NCBI RefSeq assembly: GCF_009914755.1
Contig: NC_060931.1
DNA length: 64,000 bases
From: the human T2T-CHM13v2.0 reference genome, Homo sapiens
Strand: one strand, 5' to 3'
Shown here in pieces: positions 13,060-28,252 of the stretch (position 1 is its first letter; every line of letters starts with the position of its first letter). The notes below the pieces were generated by a model. The model had not been told where the DNA came from and searched no databases. It saw only the letters and a program-made list of their open reading frames with translations. The translations under genes were made by a program, and so were the position numbers.

Positions 13060-13450
13060 GCATCTCTGGCCGCCCGCCCTCCTTCCCTCCCTCCTCACCA
13101 ACCCTGACTGGCAGAGGTTCTCTGCGTATCTGACTCAGTGAGCAACCTTCCTTAAGGCAAGGCCCTTTATTTACCCCTCCGCCTCCCATTTTGGCACCTC
13201 GGTGGCTATAAATACGCCCTGTGAATGCAATTACGTGATGGAACGCAGGCTGCGCCAAAGCCTCTTTGCTCCAGGCTATGGTGTCAGCCATTTACCTCTG
13301 TGAAGCATATAAAAAGACACGCGACTCAAGAGGCAACGCACACGCTGAGACAGAAAGCAAGAGCACAACGAAAAATACAACAACAAACAAAACTCATAAG
13401 ACGGCATTATGAGTATTCCCGGGAGAACAAAAAGGCTCCAAGAAGGTAAC
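13060..13450 (+). promoter_or_regulatory. Candidate promoter / first exon of a non-coding transcript
   Basis: GC boxes 13070-13079, AP-1 TGACTCA 13131-13137, TATAAATA 13207-13214, TATAAAAAG 13308-13316, locally retained CpGs, donor AAG|GTAACT at 13445/13446. Confidence 0.4.
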
Positions 13451-14149
13451 TCCCGTCTCTTGAGCATACAATATGGTTTTTATAAACTTCCAGGACTCTT
13501 TCCTACTTTTTTTTTTGCTGTTTTTACCATATCACCCCCACAACACAGTTTTTTCTTAAGGAAATTAAACACAAAACACCTACTGTATATTTAATTTAAA
13601 GAGGAAAAAAAACTTCAAACCTTTCAATGTTGAAATATCATTAAGCAGGGTGATGCAAAGCTGGAGAGGCCAGGAAATTGAGTCTTTAACCTGCCACTCC
13701 TTCCCGAGCGTATGGCCATGTATGTCATTACACAGCACTCTGCTCCAGAGTATAAATTAAGCTTCATTATAAAGATGAAGGCAGCCCAGGCCTGGAGTTT
13801 CGCAGGATCTGGCTGCGGTGGGCTGGGGGGTAGTGGGTGGGCCCTGGCCCTCTCTCTTCTAGAGGTCACAGTAGTAGCACAAGGACCCCCACCTCCTTCA
13901 TCCTCGGGGGCTGCTGCGAGGCCTTCTCAGCGAAGCATTGGCCAGGCTCTGGGAAGAGCCGATGACCGGCTGTGCTTTCCAGATTTGGAAACTTGGCTCA
14001 TACTTTTCCTTAAGCAGCCTCCAGCTTCTCTGCGTATTTCAGATCATCTTGTGATTCAATGCCCAGAGCAAACGCCGTGGTCTTGCTGAAGCCACATTTC
14101 TAACCGCCCAGCTATTTCTTTCCCTCTGGCTCCTCCTGCATGACCAAGA

Positions 14150-14300
14150 TTTTGAATTGTGAAGTTGATTGCCTGACTTCCCGGCAATGTTTCTTCATGT
14201 TGGACAGGTGACTAAGCCTCTTTATGCCTTTGTTTCCTTGTCTACAGGATGAACTAGTTGTGCGGATTAAGTGAGATTGTGCCCATAAAACACATAGTCA
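14150..14300 (+). mobile_element. MIR fragment
   Basis: ggtgactaagcctctttatgcctttgtttccttgtctac...gttgtgcggattaagtgaga. Confidence 0.6.
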
Positions 14301-15039
14301 TTCAACAACTCTTAAACTATCTTGGGAGCATAGCAGATGTGAAAGAAAACTATCTTTAGTCCCCTTTGAGTTCCAAAGTTCATTCCACAGATCTGGCTGG
14401 CCCAAACAATAGTACTTGTTTGTCAAACGCATCGTCTGTGCCCAAGCCTGGGCTGGGGAGTGTCAATAGCTAGTGAGAGAGGGGCTGAGGAACTCTGAAG
14501 GTCCTTGCCAGTGAAGAGCACGTCATACTTCCAGGATGCTGTCTGTGCTCTGCAAAAACCACGAGGCAGCCTAGAAGCTGCATTTCCGCAAGGAAGCTAA
14601 AGGAACTTAGGACAGAGTAAGGACTGCTGGGCTGCAGTGAAAGGGAAAACCTTGGAAGAAGAATGGCACATCATTTATTTTTCATTTACAAAGTGATTAA
14701 CCTATGCGTTATTTTTCCCCAAAGGATTTTAGGTGGTTTTCAAAAGCACGTGCAATTCAAAATATAAGATAAATGAGGGAAAATATATGTAATTGTCAGT
14801 CCAGGGATTTGACACTTAGAGCTTAAAAGAAAGAAATGTTTGGATGGATGTGTATGTGTGTGTATATTGTAGGTGGTGGGGAGTGAGGTAGTGTTTCCCA
14901 ACTGTTAGCTGATTGTTTTAGGTTTTCATCTTGTGATTCATACTATATTTGGCTTTGAGAAGCTTAAGTCCATTGTAGAGAAGATATTTCAGTTGACTTA
15001 CAGCTCTTACATGGACTCTCAGCAGAACTTGGTTACAAA

Positions 15040-15300
15040 GGATTGGGAAAGTGGCCCAGGGATCTTGGTGACCAATATCTGGGGACGTAACTAATGAGGA
15101 AGTGACCCAGGCTAGCAGCGAAGAAAACAATGACTCTCTTGGCTGGTCCTAAATCTCCTGTTTTCTCACGAAGATCCTTTGATCACTTCCTTGGCCAGGC
15201 AAATGTGTCCTTACTGTTTGTTTCAACTTATGGGGAATTTCCCGGGAGCCTGGCCCTATCTATCTCACGAGAATAACCTTTAATCTTATGAGTCTTCACA
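15040..15300. promoter_or_regulatory. Candidate NF-kB/ETS enhancer
   Basis: GGGGAATTTCCC 15232-15243; GAGGAAGTGA 15096-15105; CACTTCC 15184-15190. Confidence 0.35.
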
Positions 15301-16146
15301 ACACACACTATATAGCAACCATCACCTTAGTATACTAGACAGTGCAGTTGGTGTGCATCCAATAAGAAGGTCATCCCCAAGGCGTTCTGCAAGCTCAGGC
15401 CTCACGGAATGATGTTACCAAACTGCCTTGATTTCTGGCGATTTCCAACAGAGGATCACAGAGCACTGTTCAGGTCCACGTTAACCTTGTGGCTTTCTTG
15501 GCACATAGATCCCAAAGCAAAGGATGCCAGGCAACAAATCAGAAATAGAATTGAGAAGTAAGCACAAAGGATGAAGGGAAGTGCCAAATACATTTGGTTT
15601 CTCATGGGGGATAAATTGAATTACGGTCTTAAAAAGTTTTAAAATAGTGCAGAAATGCTAAACATGAAAAGAGGTGTTGGATATATTTTAAGATTCCAGG
15701 AACTCAGAATCAGAGTCATGACATAAGAGGGATTCACTGGTCATTTTGTACAGTAGTGCCAGAAATAAGGAGCCTTGCGGTGCACATCCAGCCAAATCCA
15801 GGCAAGTGGGAATGGAGAGGCAAAGAGAGCTTGGGTTAAAACACAGTATCGTTTTCATGCCCCACTGGAAGTTACTGACATCCTCACATGGGCTCAGAAT
15901 TCGAGCACGTGAGCTCACCTTCAACTTTAACAGCCTACATTCACCCAAGTGGTTCTGCAAAGAAATAAGAAACTGTGTTTTCCTTCCAAGTAACAGACAC
16001 CGTGAAATGAGTGTTCAGGCTGGTTTCCCTGCAAATCCAGGCATCACAGAAAAACTTGTGACTACACAAACAAAAAAACAAGCATACATTATGTGGCCAG
16101 AATATGTTTATGTTTAATATATTTTTCAATTAAAAAAATCAAAACC

Positions 16147-16527
<381 letters not shown>

Positions 16528-16844
16528 TTAATAATGTTAAAATCTTAATATAAATGAAATCATATTTTCAACATGATTTTCAGGATTTGTATGTCTCTCT
16601 CTGTCTCTGTAAGTCTAAGCCAGGACCTTGACTGAAGAAAAGTATTCCTGCATCCAGTTCTGCTCTGGCCTCGTCTTTCTGAAAAGGCAGAGAAACAGAG
16701 GCTCCAAGAGATACCCTGTAGCTGAAAAAACCAAAATTGTTAAAACTAGAAAACACCATAGGCAATGAATTTAATCCTCTCCTGTTACAGAGGAGGGTCC
16801 AAGCTTTGAAAGATAAATTATTTCCCCAAGTTCAGATCTCCTGA

Positions 16845-17081
<237 letters not shown>

Positions 17082-17829
17082 TGAAGGGCTGTGCAGCTGG
17101 ACGGAGGTGAGAGGGAGCTCTAAATGGGCTCCAGGCAGAACAGGTATCACTTGAGGGACAGCTCTCAGTGCAAGGATCCCCACTTACATCAGCGCCTAGA
17201 CAGAGAATTATGGAAAGTAAATGGGGACAGAGTTCAGAAAGGGGGAGAAGAGGGCCAGGGGAGAAGAAGAGAAGGGCAGTGGCTCAGTAAGACCATAGCC
17301 TTTGCTAGGACACCAGTCTGTTGAGCCAGAAGTCCAATATGAGAACTTCCTTGGCCGTCGTTGGAAGTCCCCACACAGGTCTACTGGTGCCAAGTCACTT
17401 CTGGCTCTGAAAGGCCTGCCTTTTGGTTATATTCTCCCAGTACCTCAGAATGAACAACAACAACAAAAGCTTCATTTTACTTAGATAAACCCCCCTCTAG
17501 CAATCCCTGCAGAAAGACGAGTTCTTTCATCACACGCAAGGCAAGGGGTGGCACCCTGGGCTTTCAATGGGACCTGTTTGCAGCAGGAAACTGTCATTCT
17601 CTCCAGCCTTCATTTCCAAATGTTACCTTACATCCTCCTACCAAAAAGAAAGATTGCTATTGTTCAAAGGCCCTGAGAGGCTTGAAGGGTGCCTCTGTAT
17701 CCCCAGTAGGGCTGAGATTGACAACTGACCTTGTGTCTTCTGCTCAGTAGCCATGAACCCAACAGCACTTGATATATTTGGGAATTGAGGACCACAAGAA
17801 AGATGAACCTCTTGGAAGGCAGTACTGGA

Positions 17830-18105
17830 TGGCCGCTGCCCAAGCTTGGCGCAGCTTACATCACGCATACCATCCTTCCTAGCCGGCCAACCACCCTCAG
17901 CCTCTCTGGCAGGGTTCTCGCCAGCAATCATTACGACTTTATTATAGCCCCTTTCAGCAACTCATGAGTTTTTACAGCCAAATTACAAGTTTGTTTACAG
18001 TTAAGTAGCAGCGAGTACTTTTAAAGCAAGTACTGTAGATGTTTTTACGACTGAGTTTGCACCATCAGAAACATACCGAGTATATGGCAGGGCCCAGGAC
18101 GCCAG
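17830..18105. promoter_or_regulatory. Candidate posterior-HOX/CDX + FOX enhancer
   Basis: TTACGAC at 17931-17937 and 18045-18051, TTTATTA 17938-17944, TGTTTAC 17992-17998; about 10 CpGs in unique sequence. Confidence 0.35.
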
Positions 18106-18329
18106 GGAGGCTGTTTAGGATTCATCTAAATAGGGCAAATAAAGGGGCTTTGTGTTTGCCTCATGGAGGCAGGTCTCCACCAGGCCAAGGCTTGGATTTT
18201 ACACCATGAGGTCTTTGTATATATACCAATGTGGGGTTCATCTGATAGTTTAAGGGACGTAATTTGCTTCATTAACTGTATTAAATATTAGAATAATTAG
18301 GTTATAATTTTAAAAATTATTGTCACATA

Positions 18330-18570
18330 ATAGAATAGTCAAATTCATAGTGACAGAAAGTAGAATGGCCGTTTCCAGGGGTTGCAGGGTGGAAGGAATG
18401 AGGAATGGGGAGTTGGTGTTTAACAGGGACAGAGTTTCATTGTGAGAATATGAAAATCTTCTGGAGATGGATGGTGATGATGTTTGCACAGCAATGTGAA
18501 TGTACTTGATGCCACTTAAAATGGTTGAGATGATACATGTTAAGTATATTTTGTTGCAATAAAAATATTT
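18330..18570 (+). mobile_element. L1MB 3' end fragment
   Basis: gacagaaagtagaatgg...tctggagatggatggtgatgatgtttgcacagcaatgtgaatgtac. Confidence 0.85.
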
Positions 18571-19509
18571 AGAAGCTGAAGACATATATTATTGCCTTCA
18601 GGTAGAGGATGGAGATTTAGGTTTAGGGAAGTAAGTATACACACATATATGTATATGTATATATGTGTGTGTAAAACAATCCCTTTTTCAAAACACATAG
18701 TTAACTTCCTATTCTTTCACTTTCTACTTTGATAACACCAATATCCAGATTTAGTACAAGATGTCTAAAACATTCTAGTTTTATCATATGAGCCAAGTTT
18801 GCCTGAAAACAAGTGGCGGATGGCATTTTTAGTGTGGTAAATAGTTTCATTACTTTCAAGTAAAATCTCTATAACATGGTTAACTCATGGAGTGAGATGT
18901 TCAATTCTGAAGAAACCTCTAATAGGATAACAATTTTCGAGCATTTTCTGTGATGGAATCACTCATAGTTGTTTGAGAACTTTGATACATATCTCCAACA
19001 AATAAATAAACTATTCGTATTGAGTAAATCTTTTTACTTGAATCATTTGGTTCATAAAAATGACTTACCTGCCATTTCCAAGCAGCAAGAAACCCTTGGT
19101 TGTGAGAAGACGATTCTGAACAATATGTGTATCTTAAGAGTGATTTTCTCATTGACTTAAAACATTCTCTCTTTTGATTACAACCTGAAGAATTTATGTT
19201 TTCTCACAAAAAAGCAGAACAAGTAAATATTAATGAAAAGAGATGATAAAAGGAAATAGAGCAAGCATAACTAATATTAATTATGATATTTGTAGGTTTT
19301 TTGTTTTAAAACAACAGAAATGTATTTCCTCCCAGTTCAAGTTTTTTATCACTACACTGCACTGTGTCTCATTCATATAACGCCATTTATTTTCTACATT
19401 TCCCTCTGAATGGCAAATTTCACAGTGGCCAAATATCGGTCTCTCTCATTCACTACTGTGTACTCAGGGTCTAGAACATTTCCTGGCATCTAATAGGTGC
19501 CTTGAAAAA

Positions 19510-20000
<491 letters not shown>

Positions 20001-20320
20001 TCAAACTTCTCAACAGTAAAGACCGTGGTGGAGAACATTTTTGATAAACTCAAGGATTTGATCCAAGGAGCTTATGAACCAATGCTATCCCTCAACAGAA
20101 TTGAGCATGCACAACTCAGGTGATCCTGTACTCTGAAACTTTCTTTCCACAGAACTATTCAAGGAGAAAAGCTTCATCCAAATCAGAGAGAACTGGGGAA
20201 ACATTGGCCAAAGGACTAATAGTGAGTCTTGGATATATTTAATTATGGATCCCAAACTAAAATAAACGTAGGAACAACGGTAGAAAAATAATGTGTAATT
20301 TTTTATTGTCCTGACAAGTA

Positions 20321-20617
20321 TGTGGGCCCTCCATATCTGTGGGTTCCACATCTTCAGATTAAAACAACTACAGATAGAAAATATTTTTTAAATGCAACAA
20401 TAAAAAAATACAAATAAAAACAATAGAGTATAATGACTGTTTACACAGCATTTACACTGTGTTAGGTACTATAAGTAGTCTAGAGGTGATTTAAAATATG
20501 CAAGAGGATGTGCGTAGGTTATATGCAAATACTAAGCCGTTTTATATAAAGGACTCGAACATCCTTGGAATTTGATATGGGAGGTGTTGTCCTGGAACCG
20601 ATATCCCATGGATACCA
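20321..20617. mobile_element. Tigger3/MER7-type TcMar DNA transposon fossil
   Basis: ggccctccatatctgtgggttccacatc...aggttatatgcaaatact...cccatggatacc. Confidence 0.8.
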
Positions 20618-20945
20618 TGCCTATATAATAATACAACTTTAAAAACTGGGAGAAAGGAGAGAGGAGAAGTAGAATAAGCACATTGATTGCTGCATAGGAA
20701 ATAGATGGGAATTATAATTTTTAAGAACGCTCTATAACTTAGAGTTGACAAACCAAATAACAAATCTTCCCAGAGAGGGAGCATTCCTTCAAGCATTGCT
20801 GGCCTCCCAGAGACTCAAGGAGGTGCTGTTGTTAAGAGTCATGAGCTTAGCTGGTGCTTCTTTGTCTCCATAATAGGATGGGGCTTCAGTTCAGGGTAGG
20901 AAGATGGAAGTAGGTTATACTTGTTAGGAGAAATATTTGTTCTGA

Positions 20946-20947
<2 letters not shown>

Positions 20948-21016
<69 letters not shown>
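20948..21016. repeat. Compound (GT)n(GA)n microsatellite
   Basis: Direct reading. Confidence 0.98.
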
Positions 21017-21022
<6 letters not shown>

Positions 21023-21269
21023 GTGGGGACTTGGGTTTCTGCCTCAGAATCATGAACTTCACTGACTTCTAAACTCTTTCTTAGCTCAGAAATGCAGTAT
21101 CAATGTCCTGACTGAGCTCACCCACTACTGTGTTATGTGTCATATTCCCAGACAGAAATCAACATCCCTGAAACATAATTCTATAAGGGGTGGTGTGTAA
21201 TCTAGTTTTTACCTTCCTGGGCTTTGAATTCCTGATTCTAATTGCAAGGCAAGGCCCATAAATAACAGG

Positions 21270-21572
21270 TATAATAATACTCGTTTAATATAGCCAACAC
21301 TTACTGAGTTATCATTCTGTCAGGCGCTAGCCTTGTAAAGCAGTGCCTAAATGTAGTTAACATTTAACTGTTACTGGTTTTATATGCATTGCCTCATCTA
21401 ACGCTCACAAAAGACCCTATGAAGTAGGTGTTATTACTCTTCCCATTTCACAGCTGAAAAAACTGAAACTGAGATTAAGTATATTGCCTAATATCACATG
21501 GTTAGCAAGTTACAGAAAGGCCTTGAATCCAGATTTGTTTAACATCACAGCCTGTTCGCTTAACCACTCTGT
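21270..21572 (-). mobile_element. MIR
   Basis: ccctatgaagtaggtgttattactcttcccatttcacagctgaaaaaactga... MIR core. Confidence 0.85.
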
Positions 21573-21946
21573 TAATTCTGGAGGGATCTTTAACTCAGAA
21601 TTGCATAAAGATGAGGCAAGGCCGTTGACAATGCCTGAGACACACTGCATTATACAGCTGTAATCTAAGATAAGTTTGACATCATCCTCACCAAAATTGA
21701 GATATTGTAACAAGAAAAGTTTATTAATTTATTTATCTTATGAGGGGAGTCAATACTCACCTTTTAATTCTAAACATTAGTAAATAAGGATCCAGTTTCA
21801 TTACTTACAATGTTTAAAAGTAATTATCTAGTTTTTTTTTTGTAAGATGTATATGCAGATTGGTAAGAAAAATACTCACATCCAACCTCAACCTAACAGA
21901 AAAATTGGAAAGGCATCACCAGGACAGCCATTTAAAAGTATGGACC

Positions 21947-22965
<1,019 letters not shown>

Positions 22966-25258
22966 AAAATTTTATTAAGTAAAAGAGAGTGGAGACCCAA
23001 TCTGTTGTGGCAGAAATACAGTCTCAGCCATTTCCAAAATCAACAGTTCCTTCTCGGGTCACCTGGACTGGAGCTCTGCCAAGGACAGGCCAAGGTCTGG
23101 AAAACAGTAGATCACTTGGTGATCCTGGAAGAACCTGGGAGCCACGCTGCTGGACACTCGATGTTTGGTTTCTGAGTGCGACTGGTCCAAACAGTGCGTG
23201 CCTCCACCTGTCTCTTTGACTTACTGCTCTGAAGCATGGCTACATGTCACCCCGGGGTTCGCTAGGCTCCTGCTCATGGGCTGTGGGCCAATGTTTAGTT
23301 CCTGAAGGTGTTGTATTTTCTGACAGTCAAAATTGGTTGCTAGATGCAGTGAAACATGAATACAACTGAGGTGTGGGCTGCAGACCTTCCTTTGATGTCA
23401 CAGGGAGGAGAGAACTACGGGGGAGGCTATTCTTAGACATTGGAGTTCTCCTTCACTAACGACGGCCTTTGCTTGGCTTTTCATTCTGTGTAACTTCATC
23501 TGGAATTCTGTTTTCTCATTATTACCTGTTTCCAGATATTTCATGAGAGATTTCAACTACTCCACTTGTCTGATTATTCTGGCCCCTTCCAGACAGACCG
23601 GCTCCAAGGTTATGAGGTAGTTTGGACTCATCTCGTGGCTTTATCAGGAAGGTTTGCAGAAGAGTGAATTCATCTGTACGAAATTCCTTACTGAGTGGCG
23701 GCTTTTAGAGCCAACATGTCTGAGTCTAAAAACAGCAACTTGGTTAGACAGGGCCTCACCCAAGGGCATCTTCCAGGAAAGTGCTCACATTACCTGCTGA
23801 CTTCTTGACTTGGGGTTCAACAGGCTAATTCACTTTTCATTTTCCTTGTTGGAAGCTGGTGGCAACAGGGAGAACATCCAGAGTTGGAAGACTGCAATCC
23901 AATCCAGCTGCTCTTGCCTTGACCTAGATGTAGGATTTGGTTTCTTTCCTTTTTTTTTTCCTTCTTGGTTTTCAACATGGAAAGTGCTTTCCTAAGACCT
24001 ACCAGCACACAAAGAAGGATTCTCTGAAGGATCCATGGAATAGAGGAAGAGTTGGAGACAGGAAGCAATGGCAGGCTTAACCAGAAATGCACATCAAGCT
24101 GGAGACGGAAGACTAAGACCAGGTATGACAGATGTTAGGTCAAAATAGAAGAAAGATGGCAAAATGCCCAGTCTGAGAAGATTAACTTTTAATGGAGGGT
24201 AGCAAGAATTATAAACTTAGGTTGGTACTTGCTATCTACAGGAAATAGTTAACTTATCATGTGCTGGGTCAAGAGATATTGCAAGGCCTGCCTGTAAAAA
24301 TATGGAACATTTTTATAATGACATAAGCTTGAAAGTTGATCCATGCTTACAAAGTGTGCTGCAGTGCAAACAGAGAGGGGACATAATGGCAGTTAGAAGG
24401 GAAGTAATGAGAAGTAAGAATGCCTGCCTATGTGTCTAGTACTGATCAAGGATTCCAGTGACCGCTCTGACAGTGTTATTTTGGTGACTTTGGAAGATCC
24501 GGTCAGCCTTTGCTCTATTTGGTTCCTCTGCACTTGCATCCATTGATAAGTGCTAATAATAATGGTAACCCCATGTTCCCCTTTATGGAAAGCAGGAAGC
24601 ACACTTACTATACCTCTCTATGACCAGCACCCAGCATAGCCCATGGCACACAACAAATCCAAAATATATACACTAATTTGGCATGTATTTAATGATTTCC
24701 TTTTACATATAGAAATGATGGTAGGCCCCAGGAAAAGTCAAAATGACTTTACAAAGAAATTTTTGATTGGTTTGTTAGTAGTAAAGACCATCCTGGCAAT
24801 GGATTGTGTTTTCAGGAAAGAAATAGAACTCAGAGAAGGAGGAGGTTCTGATAATAGGTACTAAAAATAAATCTGGGCTTTATTAATTGAAACCTTTGTA
24901 CCCCCTCCCATCTTCATTTCCCTTCCCTTCGCCATGGCTGACAGGCATAACTTTCCATTCTTTCTGAATGCTTATCCCAAAGTAGCCATGAGTGACTTTC
25001 CTGATACTGCTTCGGGGGTGGGATAAGTTCAGAAGAACTAAGAAGATAAACAACAAACAAAGCAAAACATTACAAAATAAGCAAAGAAACAGTACAAGCC
25101 ACCAAAAGTTGTATCAAAGTCTAGATTATTAAGACATTGTACTTGCTGTTTTGGAAATACTCTTCTGAACTTTGAGTACAGTTCAAAGTCAATGACATTA
25201 TTTTAAAATCTTCTATGTGAGAGCTGCTACAAGAACAATTGTATAGTGATTAAAATTA

Positions 25259-25632
<374 letters not shown>

Positions 25633-26791
25633 GTATAAAGGAACCATGAAAAGCAGTTTTCTTGGTCTTGTTTCTTACATCCCTGAGTTCACATGCTGAA
25701 GGAATTGTAGTAACTATGAACTCATGCAGGAGGGAGGGCATGGTGTGTGTGTGGATGTACGCGTGTGTGTGCACAGGTGTCAGCTAATCATATATGAAGA
25801 TTGGTGGAAATGTTGAAAATTTAAATTTAAGGTCTGTTGGTATTTCGTCCTAAGCACTCTTCCCCAAGGTCTGGCGTTTCAAGAAACTATTGGCTTTTAT
25901 ATGACAAATTTACTGCCCTGAAATTTATTGAGGAATAGAGGATGCTTCACTTCAACTTACTGTGACAGCTTGCTTTTTTTTTCTTGAAGAACTAGGCCTT
26001 ACACATTATCCTACAAAAGTTTTAATTCAATGTTTACAATACCTATCTTTCTATTAATTTAGATTGGCCACATTTATGATACATTAGGCCTGTATTTTAT
26101 GTGTTATTTTTAAATTCTTGCCCATTTTATGGTACTGGGGTCAAAATTTTACTAATTCAGATGATTTTAGAGGTTTATGGTTGTTGTATCTTGCTTGTAT
26201 GACATTTTGTTAGTTATATCTGTGATTTATCTGTTGCTGAGTCCTTGGTCAGGAACACAACTCCCAATTATCCAACCAATTATAACATTGTTCCATGGGA
26301 AAACTTTAGCAGCTGAAACTGTTGACTCAGTATAATAAAAAAGAGCAGCTTAATATCAGATAAACTAAAATAAAATTTTGTTTTGGTCGACAGTTGCCAA
26401 CATTTACAAGGCAAGTCATGAGAAACTCCATCTATCATTAACTTATACTGTGTATTTTCCTGTCCTAGATGGGCCTGTGCTGATAGCATTTTTGTAGTCA
26501 AGATGTGTCCATCTTTGTAAGAATTGTTCTTAGTTTCCAAATTAAAAACAATTGCTTCATTACTACATGACACAGTAGTCTGTGTTCTGAAAGACTACAT
26601 GTTCAGGCAATTAAACGTTTCCAAAAAAAAAAAAAAAAAAAGCTGACTTCACCATAATGCAACGTGGAGTTCACTATTTAGTTTTCACAATAGAATGCTA
26701 CTTTTCTGTCAGTCAACTTGTACTCCATCAATATTTAATGATGCTGTTTAGATACTTGATGCACTTGTCTGAGAATATACCCCTGATCTGA

Positions 26792-27075
<284 letters not shown>

Positions 27076-27404
27076 TGGATCCAACCTTTGATGGACACAC
27101 CATAAGCAGTGGGGCTCAGGACATGGAGAAACGCCATCACATGCCACTATGCCACATGCACATTGATTTTATAACACATCCTGGTTTTAGAAATATTAAA
27201 ATGGAAAAAAATTGTACATCTTAAAACTAAGAACATCACATGGTCCCCCAAATTTCCATTAGTCCACCCAAAGTAAATATACAATCTAAATAAAACAGTA
27301 CCCTTGCTATGAAAATTCAATTTCAAGATAAGTTTTCTTGTCCCATATTCCAACTGCATTTTTGCTTTTAGAAAGAAATTCCAGAGCATGTACTACAAGA
27401 ATGT

Positions 27405-27851
27405 CTTAATGAGATTTTGCCAAAATAATGCTGCCTACCAAATAATCTCAAAACTTGGTAGCTGACAACACAAGCATTTGTTCTCCCCATTCACTATTTT
27501 GCATGCTGACTTGCAGTTCAGCTGGTCTAGAATGGACTCATCTAGTTGTCTTTGCTTCAGGCTGTGGGCTCGCTGGATTCAGATCTGCTATATGTGTTTT
27601 TATTCTGGGGCCCAGGTTAAAGGGGCAGCTCTATCTGCAGTATGCTCCTCTCATGGTGATTACCAAAGCACAAGAGCCAAACTGAAATGCACAAGCTCAT
27701 GGAAGACCTCTTCATGTCATGGCCACTAACATTCCATTCACTATAGAAAATCATATGGCCAGGTCTGGCATCAGTGGAGTCAGGAAAACAAATTTCACCC
27801 ACACAAGAAAGGGAAATAAATAAATATTTGCAGAACAATAATCCTATCACA
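27405..27851 (-). mobile_element. MLT1 (G/H-like) MaLR LTR
   Basis: ataatgctgcctaccaaataatctcaaaacttggtagc...taacattccatt...catatggcc. Confidence 0.65.
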
Positions 27852-28102
27852 AAAATATGGCATTTGACAATGAGACTAAACATGCTGTTAAGTCAAGATT
27901 TTTTTTTTTTCAGTTTTTTTTTTTAGCTTACTCTTGAGTTAGCTCAGACAACACCACTTCTACGTATCTAATTTTTGTCTGGGGATTTTCCCCTTCCCCT
28001 CTTTCAGTCCCTAATGTCTGGAAAGGGTTCCAGGCTTGTCCTAAGAGTGACACACATCACTCAAAGTCCAATTACATTTCCTTTGTCACAGTGCTCAATG
28101 CA

Positions 28103-28252
28103 TTTTATTTATTTATTTTTTTCTTTTTCTTTTTTTTTTTTATTATACTTTAAGTTTTAGGGTACATGTGCACATTGTGCAGGTTAGTTACATATGTATA
28201 CATGTGCCATGCTGGTGCGCTGCACCCACTAACTCGTCATCTAGCATTAGGT
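28103..28252 (-). mobile_element. Very short young L1 3' end (L1PA2-like)
   Basis: tactttaagttttagggtacatgtgcacattgtgcagg...cccactaactcgtcatctagcattagg; carries GAG rather than the L1HS ACA/ACG diagnostic. Confidence 0.9.

Noticed and set aside
12845-13291. 148-aa - strand ORF (MADTIAWSKEALAQ...)
   Set aside because: No recognisable homology; G/E/R-rich composition follows from the C-rich promoter-like + strand; needs PhyloCSF or Ribo-seq before any CDS call
15263-15272. TCTCACGAGA, one mismatch from the BANP/ZBTB33-associated TCTCGCGAGA motif
   Set aside because: The mismatch destroys the central CGCG and the site is not in a CpG island
21750-21915. Strong - strand donor motifs (AAG|GTGAGT, GAT|GTGAGT) and a possible 13-nt microexon
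   Set aside because: Lies in or next to degenerate L1ME sequence, with no supporting exon context
26610-26641. ATTAAA followed by an A19 run, a possible retrocopy end
   Set aside because: Signal is only 7 nt from the run, with no TSD and no recognisable parent sequence
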